A DNA stretch of 24,013 nucleotides from Rhodospirillales bacterium (GTDB lineage: Bacteria; Pseudomonadota; Alphaproteobacteria; Bin95): the NCBI GenBank assembly GCA_038143065.1, contig JAYQLI010000003.1, positions 1-24,013 of the forward strand, read 5' to 3'. A program made the translations under genes and the position numbers. Shown in pieces: positions 11,172 through 22,063 of the stretch. Numbering within the stretch: position 1 is the stretch's first letter; every line of letters starts with the position of its first letter. The notes below the pieces were generated by a model. The model saw only the letters and a program-made list of their open reading frames with translations, searched no databases and was not told where the DNA came from.

Positions 11172-12141
11172 CTACAGCAATGCGGAAAGTTTATCTCGCG
11201 CAGCATCGTTAAGCCACGCCCCCACACATCCTTATAGGTTGTTAAGAAATGCACCGCGCCCTCGTCGTAGGAAGCATCGTTATCTTCAACCCATGCCAGT
11301 GTTTCACTCATTTGAGAGTTTGTGAAGGGACAGGTTTGTCATGAGCGAACTGATCGCTTGGTTTCTGCCATAAATTCTTTAAAGACCGTCACAACCAAAC
11401 TACGAGGGAACCCACTCATGGCAGGCGTCTCGCATTCCGCAGTACTGTTGCAGGCCCATACCTCTGCTTTTGTGCTCACCCATTTCGACCAAAGTCATCG
11501 GATACTTACCTAGTACAGATGTCGGTCCCCAGTAAAAAGCCAAACCACGGTTCCTTGTTTCTCGTAGGCCGAAGCGATCGAGGCCGCAAGAGTTTCGCCG
11601 GAACCATGCACAAAGTTTTCAACACCAACGTCAATTAGTCCGCCTGCCTTGAGCAAATTGGTGCTGACGTTCAGGCACGTCCATCCCTCTGGACAGTTGT
11701 GAAAGCGGTTCCCGACAAGCTTGGGATTAGCTGTAATACCTTCTAGTGTTGCTAGTTCTGGGTGTTTCTCGACAAGGTAGTTTGGAACAAAAAATCCTTC
11801 CACACCACCATCTGACAAAACTTCTGTCACAGGAATAATTGCGCCAGATTCAACTAAACCTTCGTATGCTGGGGCACCATTTGTCCAGATTTCTGTTAAA
11901 AAATATCAGGCTCTCCAGTCTCGGATACAGATGCCAGGGCAGGGTTAGATGAAAGCGGCACTGTGGTAACTTCACATCCGTAACCTTCCTCCATGAGGAA
12001 CTTGGCAACCGCAGTAACGATTTGTGCAGATCCCCAATCACCTTGCATAATTGATACTTCACCGCATTCGTTTGCCTGGGCCGCTGAGGCGGTGATTGCC
12101 GCGGCAAATACACACCCGAGTCCCGTTGAAATCTTAAACAT
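11172..12141 (-). CDS. Betaine-type ABC transporter substrate-binding protein (ProX family), frameshifted
   Basis: Signal peptide followed by ECGEVSI..DWGSAQIVTAVAKFLMEEGYGC, GGVEGFFVPNYL, FHNCPEGWTC and HGSGETLAASIASAY; ends WLNDAARDKLSALL*. Confidence 0.9.
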
Positions 12142-12281
12142 TTCTTTCCTCCTTGTAATTGACGAAGTAAGACCGAAGAAAAGCTCCGAGCCATCGTTCG
12201 CCTTGTTTGTAAAAAAATTCTAGTGACAAGCCGATGAGCAAAAAACTGAAAAGAATTTAAGTTTTATGAATCTTGAACACT

Positions 12282-12298
12282 TTAGAAAAACTATCTAA
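12282..12298. promoter_or_regulatory. Dyad upstream of the ABC operon, candidate regulator site
   Basis: TTAGA-aaaacta-TCTAA. The TTAGA half-site resembles those at 6443-6481. Confidence 0.35.
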
Positions 12299-12394
12299 TT
12301 CACTTTCAAAGTCTTCGGGAGTGTTTTTTACGGAATTTTGTTCTCCAGTGGCAACACGGTAACACTTGCATATCATCGCATACAGTTTAGCACT

Positions 12395-12476
12395 GTCACA
12401 CACCCGTCACACAGACATTGACGAAACGGGTATTTTCATGAGATCTTACACTCATAAAGTTGAAACATGGTGTGAC
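12395..12476. repeat. Candidate integrase arm-type repeats next to the tRNA-Met att core
   Basis: GTCACACA direct repeats at 12395-12402 and 12406-12413, with an inverted GTGTGAC at 12470-12476. Confidence 0.45.
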
Positions 12477-12508
12477 ACTAGAAAACTGAGAGATTTGTTT
12501 GAAAACAA

Positions 12509-12556
12509 TGGCAGCGGAGGAGGGACTCGAACCCCCGACACGCGGATTATGATCCG
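12509..12556 (-). other. 3' half of tRNA-Met(CAT), an integrase attachment-site remnant rather than an intact tRNA
   Basis: The reverse complement is CGGATCATAATCCGCGTGTCGGGGGTTCGAGTCCCTCCTCCGCTGCCA: anticodon loop with CAT, T-arm GGGGG-TTCGAGT-CCCTC, and a CCA end. There is no D-arm or 5' acceptor strand upstream. Confidence 0.85.
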
Positions 12557-12734
12557 TTATTCCAAACAAAATTATCCTTTACACCTCCACCAACCATCAA
12601 GCCCGAGGTCAAGTGCAACATCCGGCCCAATCTAGACCCCACCCCTCTAATCAAGTCCAAAGCTGACAGCGAAACGGCTCCAGTAACCCCGGCGCTCCGA
12701 GGTTAGGTTCCAGTCGCGAACTCTTGAAACTTCC

Positions 12735-12756
12735 TGTAGACAAGGTTGTAGACAAG
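12735..12756 (+). repeat. Integrase arm-type tandem repeat TGTAGACAAG x2 (12-bp period)
   Basis: Copies at 12735-12744 and 12747-12756, about 90 bp from att core A. The same motif and period occur at 14079-14099 on the minus strand. Confidence 0.65.
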
Positions 12757-12847
12757 CTTTGTGCTTTAATTGCCAGAAATAATCTAATAAACTGGCTGAA
12801 TAGTGGGAGTTTTTAGACTTGAACTTCCTCGCACAGGCATCGAACTT

Positions 12848-12896
12848 GCCCCCGGGCACCACTTCTTCATAAAAAGAGCCGAGGTTCGAGGTTCAA
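12848..12896 (+). repeat. att core A (tRNA-Phe 3'-end-like GCCCCCGGGCACCA) plus flank; left arm of a ~50-bp inverted repeat
   Basis: GCCCCCGGGCACCACTTCTTCATAAAAAGAGCCGAGGTTCGAGGTTCAA is the reverse complement of 14141-14190, apart from one homopolymer G. Confidence 0.9.
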
Positions 12897-12934
12897 GTCT
12901 CTGAATTATGGAATCTTCGTTCTCTGAACTTAGT

Positions 12935-14091
12935 TTATCCCTCCAGCATCTTCATCCACCGATACTTAACGGCCAGATCATAACCACTTCCATATTTATG
13001 GCCTATGCCAGCAGTTGTCCAACCGCCGATGGCGTCAATGATGTCTGGAAGGGCATTCAACTGCCCTTAACCTGTCTCTCAGACTATGCCTAAAGCTATG
13101 GATAACGCAGCCCTCTGGTATCCTTGGTTTAAGCCACTTGTTCAAAGCAGCGCTGGCAGAGTTGGCATTGCACTTGGTCTCGTCGCAGTATCTGGCAAAA
13201 GCATATTTATGACCGACATCGACAATCCTTATTGCCGCTTCATACGCGCTCCCCACTAATGGAATATCTCTTTCACTAGAAGCCGTTTTCAATGACCGCC
13301 ACGGGTGCTTGCGGAGTGTTATGTGGGGCACATCTGTATCCAGTTGAATGTCTTTAAAGCTCAGGGAGGACCGCAGCTTCTGACAATCTCATGCCAGTAT
13401 CACTTATGATTGCGATTAGCCAACGCTGAGGGTCATCAACCTGAGAGCACTCATGCAGATGGATAACCGGATGGCATCCAGTGGTACGGGCAACCGCCAC
13501 TAGCTGCATTATCCTCTGGAATGAATATCCCTGAGAAGGGATTGGGGTTGGCTATGCCAAGCTCCTTAGAGGCTAGGTTATAGATAGCCTTAACAGAGGA
13601 CAGAACACGCCTAATCGAGGTTGATGCCAAACCCTTAGCAATGAGATAGTCCCTGAACTGACCAGCATTGACGGTTTTGATTGATGATAAATCAACATCA
13701 CCGACACACTCTATTAGGTAGCCGACATTGCGCGTTGATGTTTTTGAATAGGCACGATCCGTCCTGCACCCTTGAGCCTGGATGTAAAGTTCCCAGAGCA
13801 TCGCTGATATTCGTGTCCGCACTATCTAATGGTGCATCTGGAGCACCGCCAAACTTCAGGCCAAGCTCTTGTGAATGAAACCGTTCCAGCCTGAGTGACT
13901 CAAAATATCTCTCAAGCCTATCGGATAGTGCGAAAGCTGCTTTCTGCGCTTTAACCTCTGACCGTGTTTGCAAAGACACAACCACACGGTTCTTATTAAA
14001 CCGCGCCTTTAAATCGGAAGGCACATTGCGTGTGAAGTAATAGATGCCATTACGGCGGTATAGATAATCTGGCGACCCTTGTATACACCAT
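12935..14091 (-). CDS. Tyrosine recombinase/integrase with DUF6538-like N-terminal arm-binding domain, frameshifted
   Basis: N-terminus MVYTRSPDYLYRRNGIYYFTRNVPSDL, then ANPNPFSG. Catalytic residues in DTGMRLSEA (R), LKTASSERDIPL (K), HSFRHSLRDRLR (HxxR), IGGW and HKYGSGY (Y). Stop TAA at 12935-12937. Confidence 0.92.
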
Positions 14092-14140
14092 TGTCTACAG
14101 CCCCTGTCGTTCCTCAAACGTTAATTAAAGGAATTAGAGA

Positions 14141-14190
14141 TTGAACCTCGAACCTCGGCTCTTTTTATGAAGAAGTGGTGCCCGGGGGGC
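14141..14190 (-). repeat. att core B (tRNA-Phe 3' end) plus flank; right arm of the ~50-bp inverted repeat
   Basis: TTGAACCTCGAACCTCGGCTCTTTTTATGAAGAAGTGGTGCCCGGGGGGC. Confidence 0.9.
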
Positions 14191-14602
14191 GGACTAATTG
14201 CCTTTGTACAGCACCAATGCACATCTCACTGTTTGTACTTTCAATAGGGTTACGTATTGGTTAGTCACTGTCACAGGCACGAAGCGTGTACATCAGTTTG
14301 TACATCAGTACGGGTGGGCATGATCCACCCCCTTGCCACACGTATATATACATAGACAATTACACAGATCAGTCTCTGACACTGTTAACCACTATCAGTT
14401 GTCATTTGGCGTAATTCAATGAATCACTAAAATGCCCATAAACGTGTTTAGGCAAAGCTGGTGCCTAAATACGAGTGATAGTATTTGTGATCTTTTAAAT
14501 GGGTGTGATAGAATGACAGAAATGACAAAGAAAATGGAAAGTCATGAGAAGAGTTGGCAGAGGTTTGGTGGATTTAGCTGTCATTCCTGTCATTTGTGTC
14601 AT
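14173..14602 (-). repeat. ~430-bp element-end repeat, copy 1 (att core, arm repeats, hairpins, iteron array)
   Basis: Colinear reverse complement of 22095-22529. Contains TGTACATCAGT x2 (14287, 14299), GGGTGG-N7-CCACCC, TTTAGGCA-N7-TGCCTAAA (14447-14469) and ATGACA/TGTCAT iterons (14513-14602). Confidence 0.95.
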
Positions 14603-14749
14603 ATTTTGTTTTTACGTATAGCGCCTTCTACCTGTTTGCGAAACCTATTTAGCATTACCGTTGGCACTTCAAAATTACATTGAAGTTTTAGAGTGCTCTT
14701 TGACATTTCTAATACTTGTAGAGTTAAACTTTCTGTTTAGGATTAACTT

Positions 14750-15116
14750 ATTTTTTTTGTTCATGTTTTTTATTTCATTGGTTGGCCGTAAAATTACTTC
14801 TTCTAACCCCCACTTCGTATCCAGTTGATTGAAGCGCAATTTAGTATTCTTCAATCGCTAATAAATAAAATTTTTGTCCCGTATCGCAAAGTTGAATAAA
14901 GGTTGCTGTTCGCCGCCTTTACATGAAAGGACTCTAGTTCTTGGTTCTTGAAGTTGGAGATCCAATAGACCATCGGACAAATCCAAATGACATTCATGTC
15001 CCGCATGACAATCATACCAAAAAGACGGTGGGTAAAATTTCAACTCAGCCATCGAGGCAGTTGGTGAGTTCACAAGTAGCAAAATTGTCAGAATTTTTGA
15101 TCACAGTTATTCGCAT
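14750..15116 (-). CDS. Hypothetical exported protein, frameshifted (3' end uncertain)
   Basis: Signal-peptide-like start MRITVIKILTILLLVNSPTASMAELKFYPPSFW; overlaps ORF 14858..15082. Confidence 0.4.
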
Positions 15117-15399
15117 TTTGTTGGCCCAAAAATACTTAGTGGAATAGACACCGCTGACAAAAAACCAAGAACACAGGTATCAAAAAATCTGCTCTAACAT
15201 TGCATCTATTGGTAATTGACTTCTTTAATCCAGCCTCTGCCATCCCATACATAACCAAAATCTTGTTTAACTAAATCATAGAAGTCTTTCTGGTGTCTTT
15301 GGCATCACCATAAACGACAATCCAAGTATTTTCAATTTTTTCAAGAAGATCTTTATCTTCATTTTTCATTTGCAACTATCAACCTTTCCACTTTTGAAG

Positions 15400-16664
<1,265 letters not shown>

Positions 16665-17049
16665 GTTTCAAACCCCAAAGGATATGGCCTTTGTTGCAGT
16701 GGCCCAGCCCCTCATATCTTAGACAACCTTTTGGCGTAAAACATTGTCATTCTTGAAATTGGGGGGGATGTGAGTAATTCTGGCCTTCAAGAAAATATTA
16801 TAAATGCCCTGAGCCAGTTAACGATAGGGTCACGCCAATATTCATCCACGGTTTCGCAACCTCATCATGCCACTCTTGTTTATAGATTTCACCGAACCGG
16901 TGTCAGCATTTGCGGATATAACCTAGTGACCAAAAAAGCGCCAATTACCAATCTGACCAACTAGGCCCCATATTTTAATTTTGATTTCTCATAAACTCCC
17001 AACCTAGTTAAGTCAACGGCTATTTTGTTGTGATATTTTCCGCTTCACA

Positions 17050-17508
17050 AATTTCCAGGAAATCGTTTTTGACTGAAAAATAACATTCCTTTTTCGTAAT
17101 GATAAGTCATGTAATCTTTTGTCTGCGCGATATTTTTTCCATTTCTTTTGATTATTTTTTTAAATTCGTTAAACGCGCAATCTCTGACTTTTTGTCAGGT
17201 AAAAAATTGGATTTTGTGGATTTCCAGATCATACGAAAAGAAAGCGGCATGAGCACCTCACGTATCAAGGCTTGTATTTTCAACCGCCGTTTCCATTACT
17301 TCTTCAGGTCCATCACCTTTTTGTCTTCGCAGCTGCTATCAAACCATCTGCTATTGTTTGAAGTTCCGTCCTCCACAACCAACGCCGATGCCACCAACTT
17401 TTCATGTTTATTCATTTTCGTAATCACTAGCGATAGTTTGTGGTACGCCATCCCAATACTGATAATCTTGATTAAATCTATCTGCCCACCTCTGAAATTA
17501 GTGTTCAT
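17050..17508 (-). CDS. Hypothetical protein, frameshifted, co-oriented downstream of the ADP-ribosylglycohydrolase
   Basis: ATG about 12 bp after the upstream stop. Fragments read MNTNFRGGQIDL.., WRTELQTIADGLIAAAKTK and AFNEFKKIIKRNGK. No recognisable motif; boundaries approximate. Confidence 0.35.
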
Positions 17509-17519
17509 GTTTCGCAACC

Positions 17520-18713
17520 TCAAAAATACCAATTCGTGTCGTATCTGCCGATATCATCCAAAGCCAAGTGCATAGACGGTTTTGAGGCATCAAGCGGATC
17601 AAATATGATCGCCGATTTTTCCTCAATTATGCGAATACACTTTCCCCGGATATATCCATCCATGCGTCCAGCAAGGGTTAGTTGAGCCGAATGGCCCTCC
17701 GGCCCATAATGTTGCTGCTCCACCGCCGTAACTAGCAAGTGGGTGAATGCATAGACAACTGTGACCTGCTACCTCATAGGTTTTTCCTGCCTCTGGGCCT
17801 TGTATATCCAGAAGAGTTTCGCTTACCCTCTGCAACTCTTCCCTTAAGGTCGTCTTGTTTGCGACCTGCAAAAGCCCAATGGTGTATTCTCTGATTTGTC
17901 TACCCCACTGAAGACCTTCAATCATCCAATTCGGAATAGCATCAAAGCCGTAGATGGCTCCAGCAATCATCCCCACAACAGCACCTGTAGTATCACTATC
18001 ATGCCCACGATTGATGGCTTCAATGATGCAATCTTAAAAGTTGGTAGTGGTTTGAAACGCCCACCACGCAGCTTGGTATGTTTCTTTAACATATCCGCCA
18101 GACATCACTTCATTACGGGCAACAGTGTTTGGGTGTTTGTATCCGCTGTTCTTTTTCAGAGGTTTGCGCAGCCACAATTCTTCGGCAAGTAGTTTGCTGT
18201 ACAGAAGCGCTTCATCGGCTCCATGTGTAAGTCTTGTGGACTCTTCTGCCCACTTTATGGCCTCTGAAAAACACCCTGCTCAATAACAGCTGGTGCCAGT
18301 CGCATCAAACCACCATTGCCTGCACTCATTGGGTCGGTCTTACCCGTGTAGGGGTTTGACCCATCAGCCTCGTATGCAGCCAACGCACTGTATACTGTGT
18401 TGCCACAATCAAACATAATTCCACGGGGTGAATACGCGCCCTCATTTTTCCATTTGAGGAAATTGCCCATGATGGTGTGTGGGTCATAGGTTTTCTTTGT
18501 GGTGATGGCATCAGCCATAGCCAACGCCATTGAGGTGTCATCCGTAAATTCGCCCTTTGATACGTTATGCGCACCACCAGTCATGTATGACCGTATATAA
18601 TCTTCAGGTTCACGTGATGGCTGAAACTCAATCGGCGCACCCATAGCATCACCAATGGCAAGACCAAACATCATGCCTAATGCCCAATTTTCTTGGTGGG
18701 TCAAATCAGACAT
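17520..18713 (-). CDS. ADP-ribosylglycohydrolase (DraG/ARH family) with C-terminal extension, frameshifted
   Basis: Motifs GLAIGDAMGAP, FTDDTSMA, SAGNGGLMRLAP, TRLTH, SGGYV and GHDSDTTGAVVGMIAGAIYG (metal-binding TDDT and DSDT). The reading continues about 100 aa past the fold, to 17623 or, with one frameshift, 17520. Confidence 0.9.
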
Positions 18714-19385
18714 TGGACACGCCAAAAAGTTTTGGTTCGGGTGATATAATTTTGCAGGGCGGTGGGTCCCCGTCTTAACATCACCTGTTTCTTCGACTAG
18801 GCCAACGCCGTCATACTTCTCCACCCATTGCCTGAAATTGCGCTTGTTATGAGGGGCATATTTATCGCCCGCCAAAGCAGCAAACGTTTGCTGTAGTTCT
18901 GTCAAAGTGAAGTCACCTTCGTGGAAAGCAAACACAAGATTTGGCTTACTTTCCACGAGGTAACCAACCAAGAGATGTGCATCTTTGCAAATTTGATTGT
19001 GATCAAATGCAAGCTGCGGTGTTCCCGATATGGGGAACCACTTTACGTCTGATACATCTGTATCAGCACGAAGCTGTAATTCATCAGAAGGCTGAATAGC
19101 CATATAGGCTACAGAGATAGTTTGTTGGCGATGGTCCCTTTGAGGATCGCTATAGTTCTTGAAATGCTCGATGTAGGGAGCAGCAACGCCTGTTTCTTCT
19201 TTGAGTTCTCGCAAGGCACATTCATCAAGGCTTTCTCCCTGCTGTAAAAAGCCTCCCGGCAAAGCCCACAAACCATCGTCTTTACGTTTAACGCAAAGGA
19301 TGTGGAGTTCACCCTGTCGAAGGGTAAATAGAACCACATCAGTTGCTACCGATGGATGCCAGAAATCTGATTCAAAATATGCCAT
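18706..19385 (-). CDS. nrtR: NrtR-family regulator (Nudix + winged HTH); in frame with the downstream hydrolase as sequenced
   Basis: PSVATDVVLF, WALPGGF, Nudix box GESLDECALRELKEETG, SDPQRD, LAFDHNQI, and wHTH motifs FTLTELQ, KRNFR and HRPAKLY. Confidence 0.88.
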
Positions 19386-19401
19386 TACGAACTGCCTTAG
19401 T

Positions 19402-19447
19402 TAGTATGTTTTTTATACTATGCATATTTAGTATAAAATCAATACTA
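19402..19447. promoter_or_regulatory. Tandem palindromic operator TAGTAT-N7-ATACTA x2
   Basis: TAGTAT-gtttttt-ATACTA (19402-19420) and TAGTAT-aaaatca-ATACTA (19429-19447), starting 17 bp upstream of the nrtR ATG. Confidence 0.75.
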
Positions 19448-19568
19448 TCATGTCAACAGCTTTTTTGATTTTTTACAATGGCAACTGACAGTTTATCAGT
19501 TACCACTTAACTTGTTGTATAACATATACTTTTATCTTGACTTTGTGCATATCGATCCATAGTAAAAT

Positions 19569-21108
19569 ATGAACAAATGGGCGGTATGCCCAGCGACTTG
19601 CCACAACTTTTGAGTTCAGGTACGGACTGCCTCGCAGCCCACAGCGGCTTGCATTATTGGCTCGTATGGTTGGAGAAATCCAAATCATGACAATAGAAGA
19701 CGACCAAGTCTCAACAGACGTTGAGCAAGCGCATAATGGCGACATAGTCGATATGCGTCTAATAAGACGACCAGAGAATGTGACAGACAATTGGCACTTG
19801 CTGACATTTTTGCCTTTCAGCGGGCAGTTCTTGGGCAGTGTTCTCATCAACTTTGTCCTGATAAGCACTGGTATTTGTGGAATGGTGAAAGGTGGCAGAA
19901 GGACAAACAAAACCCAGATGCTCCTGCGTTCTGCGGAGTTTGTTCGGGAAATAGCCAAGCTAGCTGTTGACTGTGACGAACCTGATATAGCCAGACGATT
20001 TTAGGTTCAGCAAAACCTGATCTGCTCAAAGGCTGAGAACCTGAAAAACTAGCTAAGCCAGTCTGATTAGGTATCATCTCACTGACTTTGATGCTCATCC
20101 AATGCAGCTATGCGTTGAGAATGGTGTCATTGATCTAGCGACTGGTAAGCTACTGGACCCAGAACCATCAATGCATCACAGCAAGATGGCTGGTGTAGCT
20201 TATGATGCCATGCCATTGTTCGCTTCATGCAGTTCCTCAAGGACATCTTTCCTGATGACCCAGAACTGCTGGAATATGGCCAGTGCAAAAGGTAGCTGGC
20301 TATGCACTGACAGGAAGCACGAGGGAGCAATGCTTGTTCATGCTACTTGGAGGTGGCGCCAATGGTAAGTCAACTTTGGTTAGTCTGCTGACGAAGCTGA
20401 TGGGTGACTATGCTGCCAATACAGCAGCCAACACCTTGATGGCTAGCAACAGCAATCAGGTGGGTGATGATCTGATCAGACTGGCTGGTGCTAGGCTTAT
20501 CACCGCAGCAGAGACTGAGCATGGTCAGCGTTTTGCTGAAGCTAAAATCAAGTCCTTTACTGGCGGTGATATGATCAGCGCCAGACCACTCTATGGTGAG
20601 TGGGTAGACTTCAAAGCCTGTCGGCAAGATACTGCTTACCACCAACAACCGGCCTGAGATACGTGGGTCAGATGATGGTATCTGGAGGCGTATTCGGGAG
20701 ATACCATTCAACAGGCAATTCACAGAGGCAGAGCAGGACAAGGAGTTGATGACAACATTGACCCAAGAACTGCCCGGTATCCTGAATTGGGCGATTGAAG
20801 GCTGTCTGCTTTGGCAAGCCAATGGACTGTCTGCTCCAGCATCGGTGATGGCTAGCGTTTCTGAATATCGCAGCGAGATGGATACAGTCTGCTCGTTCAT
20901 CGTGGATGAATGCATCGTTGCTGCACATGAACGCATTCCAGTTGGGAACCTCTACGAACAATATGTCAGTTGGTGTAGATCTTCTGGCAAGCACCCTCTT
21001 AGCAAGGTGCAGTTTGGTAAGGCACTGACCAGTCAAGGCTATGCGGAGCAAATCCGTGGCAGTAATGGACGCTACTGGCGAGGTTTGTCCATTAGCATCA
21101 CTGGCTAA
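19569..21108 (+). CDS. P4-family/D5-like primase-helicase (D5 N-terminal + SF3 helicase + wHTH), frameshifted; start could be 19569, 19666 or 19687
   Basis: D5_N motifs HWYLWNGERWQKD and DFDAHPMQLCVENGVIDLATGKL. Walker A GGGANGKST, then LAGARLITAAE, IKSFTGGDMISARPLY, TNNRPEIRGSDDGIWRRI, ELPGILNWAIEG and LYEQYVSWC. Confidence 0.88.
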
Positions 21109-21216
21109 CAAAACGATAAAGGCGGGGCGAGAAATTGCTCGCTTTCACATACAGGTTTCGGTTGTGTTTTCGTCAAAATGAAATGACCATCCTATCCTCA
21201 TAATTTCAGAGCAAAA

Positions 21217-22063
21217 ATGACAAAACCTATTGCTACAATGTTAGTCCCGTGGGCTTCAATGATGAGTTTTGTTGGTGTGCTGATGAGGCTGCTCGATGAA
21301 GCTACTGGTTTTCAAATTCTTTTTTATCGATCAATCAGCCTTACATTGATTGTGTTGCTGGTCGTCTGCATTCGACGCAGAACCATCCCTTCATTTTTCA
21401 TCAAATCAATTGATAAGCATGACCTGCTGATGGGAGGCCCCCTTGCAGTAGCCTTCACCGATACATTTTTTCCATGCTCTGGAGTTGATTTGCATCAACC
21501 CTATTAATCATCACTATTGCACCGTTTCTTGCTGCAGTAATTGCTTGGAAGTGGATTGAACTCGTCCCTGTTACATTTCAAGTGATTGTCGCAACCTTTG
21601 GCGTGGGCTTAATGGTGTAAGATGGTGCTAACCAGGTTAAAAACTTGGTAATATCAGTGCGTTTATGGATAAAATTGTCTTTGTGATTTTTTAGTCCAAG
21701 AAACGCGTAAAATCGAAAAACATTGTGTTAGGTTGGAAAATAAGCTGGCGTGTTCAAGTCCAAACTTGGAGCAATGACGGCACTTGTTTTTGATGGGAGC
21801 CTTGCAATCAGCCAATCAGATGTTTTGACTATATTGTTTATGGGTGCCTTTACCATTGGCCTTTTTTCTTTTAGTAACAACTGGAACCGGCTTTCCATCC
21901 CTGCTGCAGAGGTAAGTTTACTAGTACTGATTGAAAGCCCATTGTTGGGGATTATTTTGGGTGTTAAAAGGTGAACCAGTTACCATTTATGAAATATCTG
22001 GTGGAGTAATTACATTTTAGCTTTAGACAAAAAAATTGGGTTTATAGTCGCAATCCTCGAGTA
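21217..22063 (+). CDS. DMT/EamA-family transporter, heavily disrupted (possible pseudogene)
   Basis: Fragments SFVGVLMRLLDEATGFQILFYRS, APFLAAVIAW, LFMGAFTIGL and IPAAEVSLLVLIES. The end is approximate. Confidence 0.7.

Noticed and set aside
12509-12556. Intact tRNA-Met gene, or intact tRNA-Phe at 12848, 14190 or 22508
   Set aside because: Only 3' portions are present. No D-arm or 5' acceptor strand can be found upstream.
14432-14683. Duplicated small ORF MPINVFRQS.. (also 22071..22271)
   Set aside because: It lies within the non-coding repeat. Its periodic residues (CHSCHLCH) come from the 9-bp iterons, and the frames diverge between copies.
17099-17575. 158-aa hydrophobic plus-strand ORF as a membrane protein
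   Set aside because: Its Phe/Ile/Ser richness is what the antisense of an A-rich minus-strand gene produces, and all neighbours are on the minus strand.
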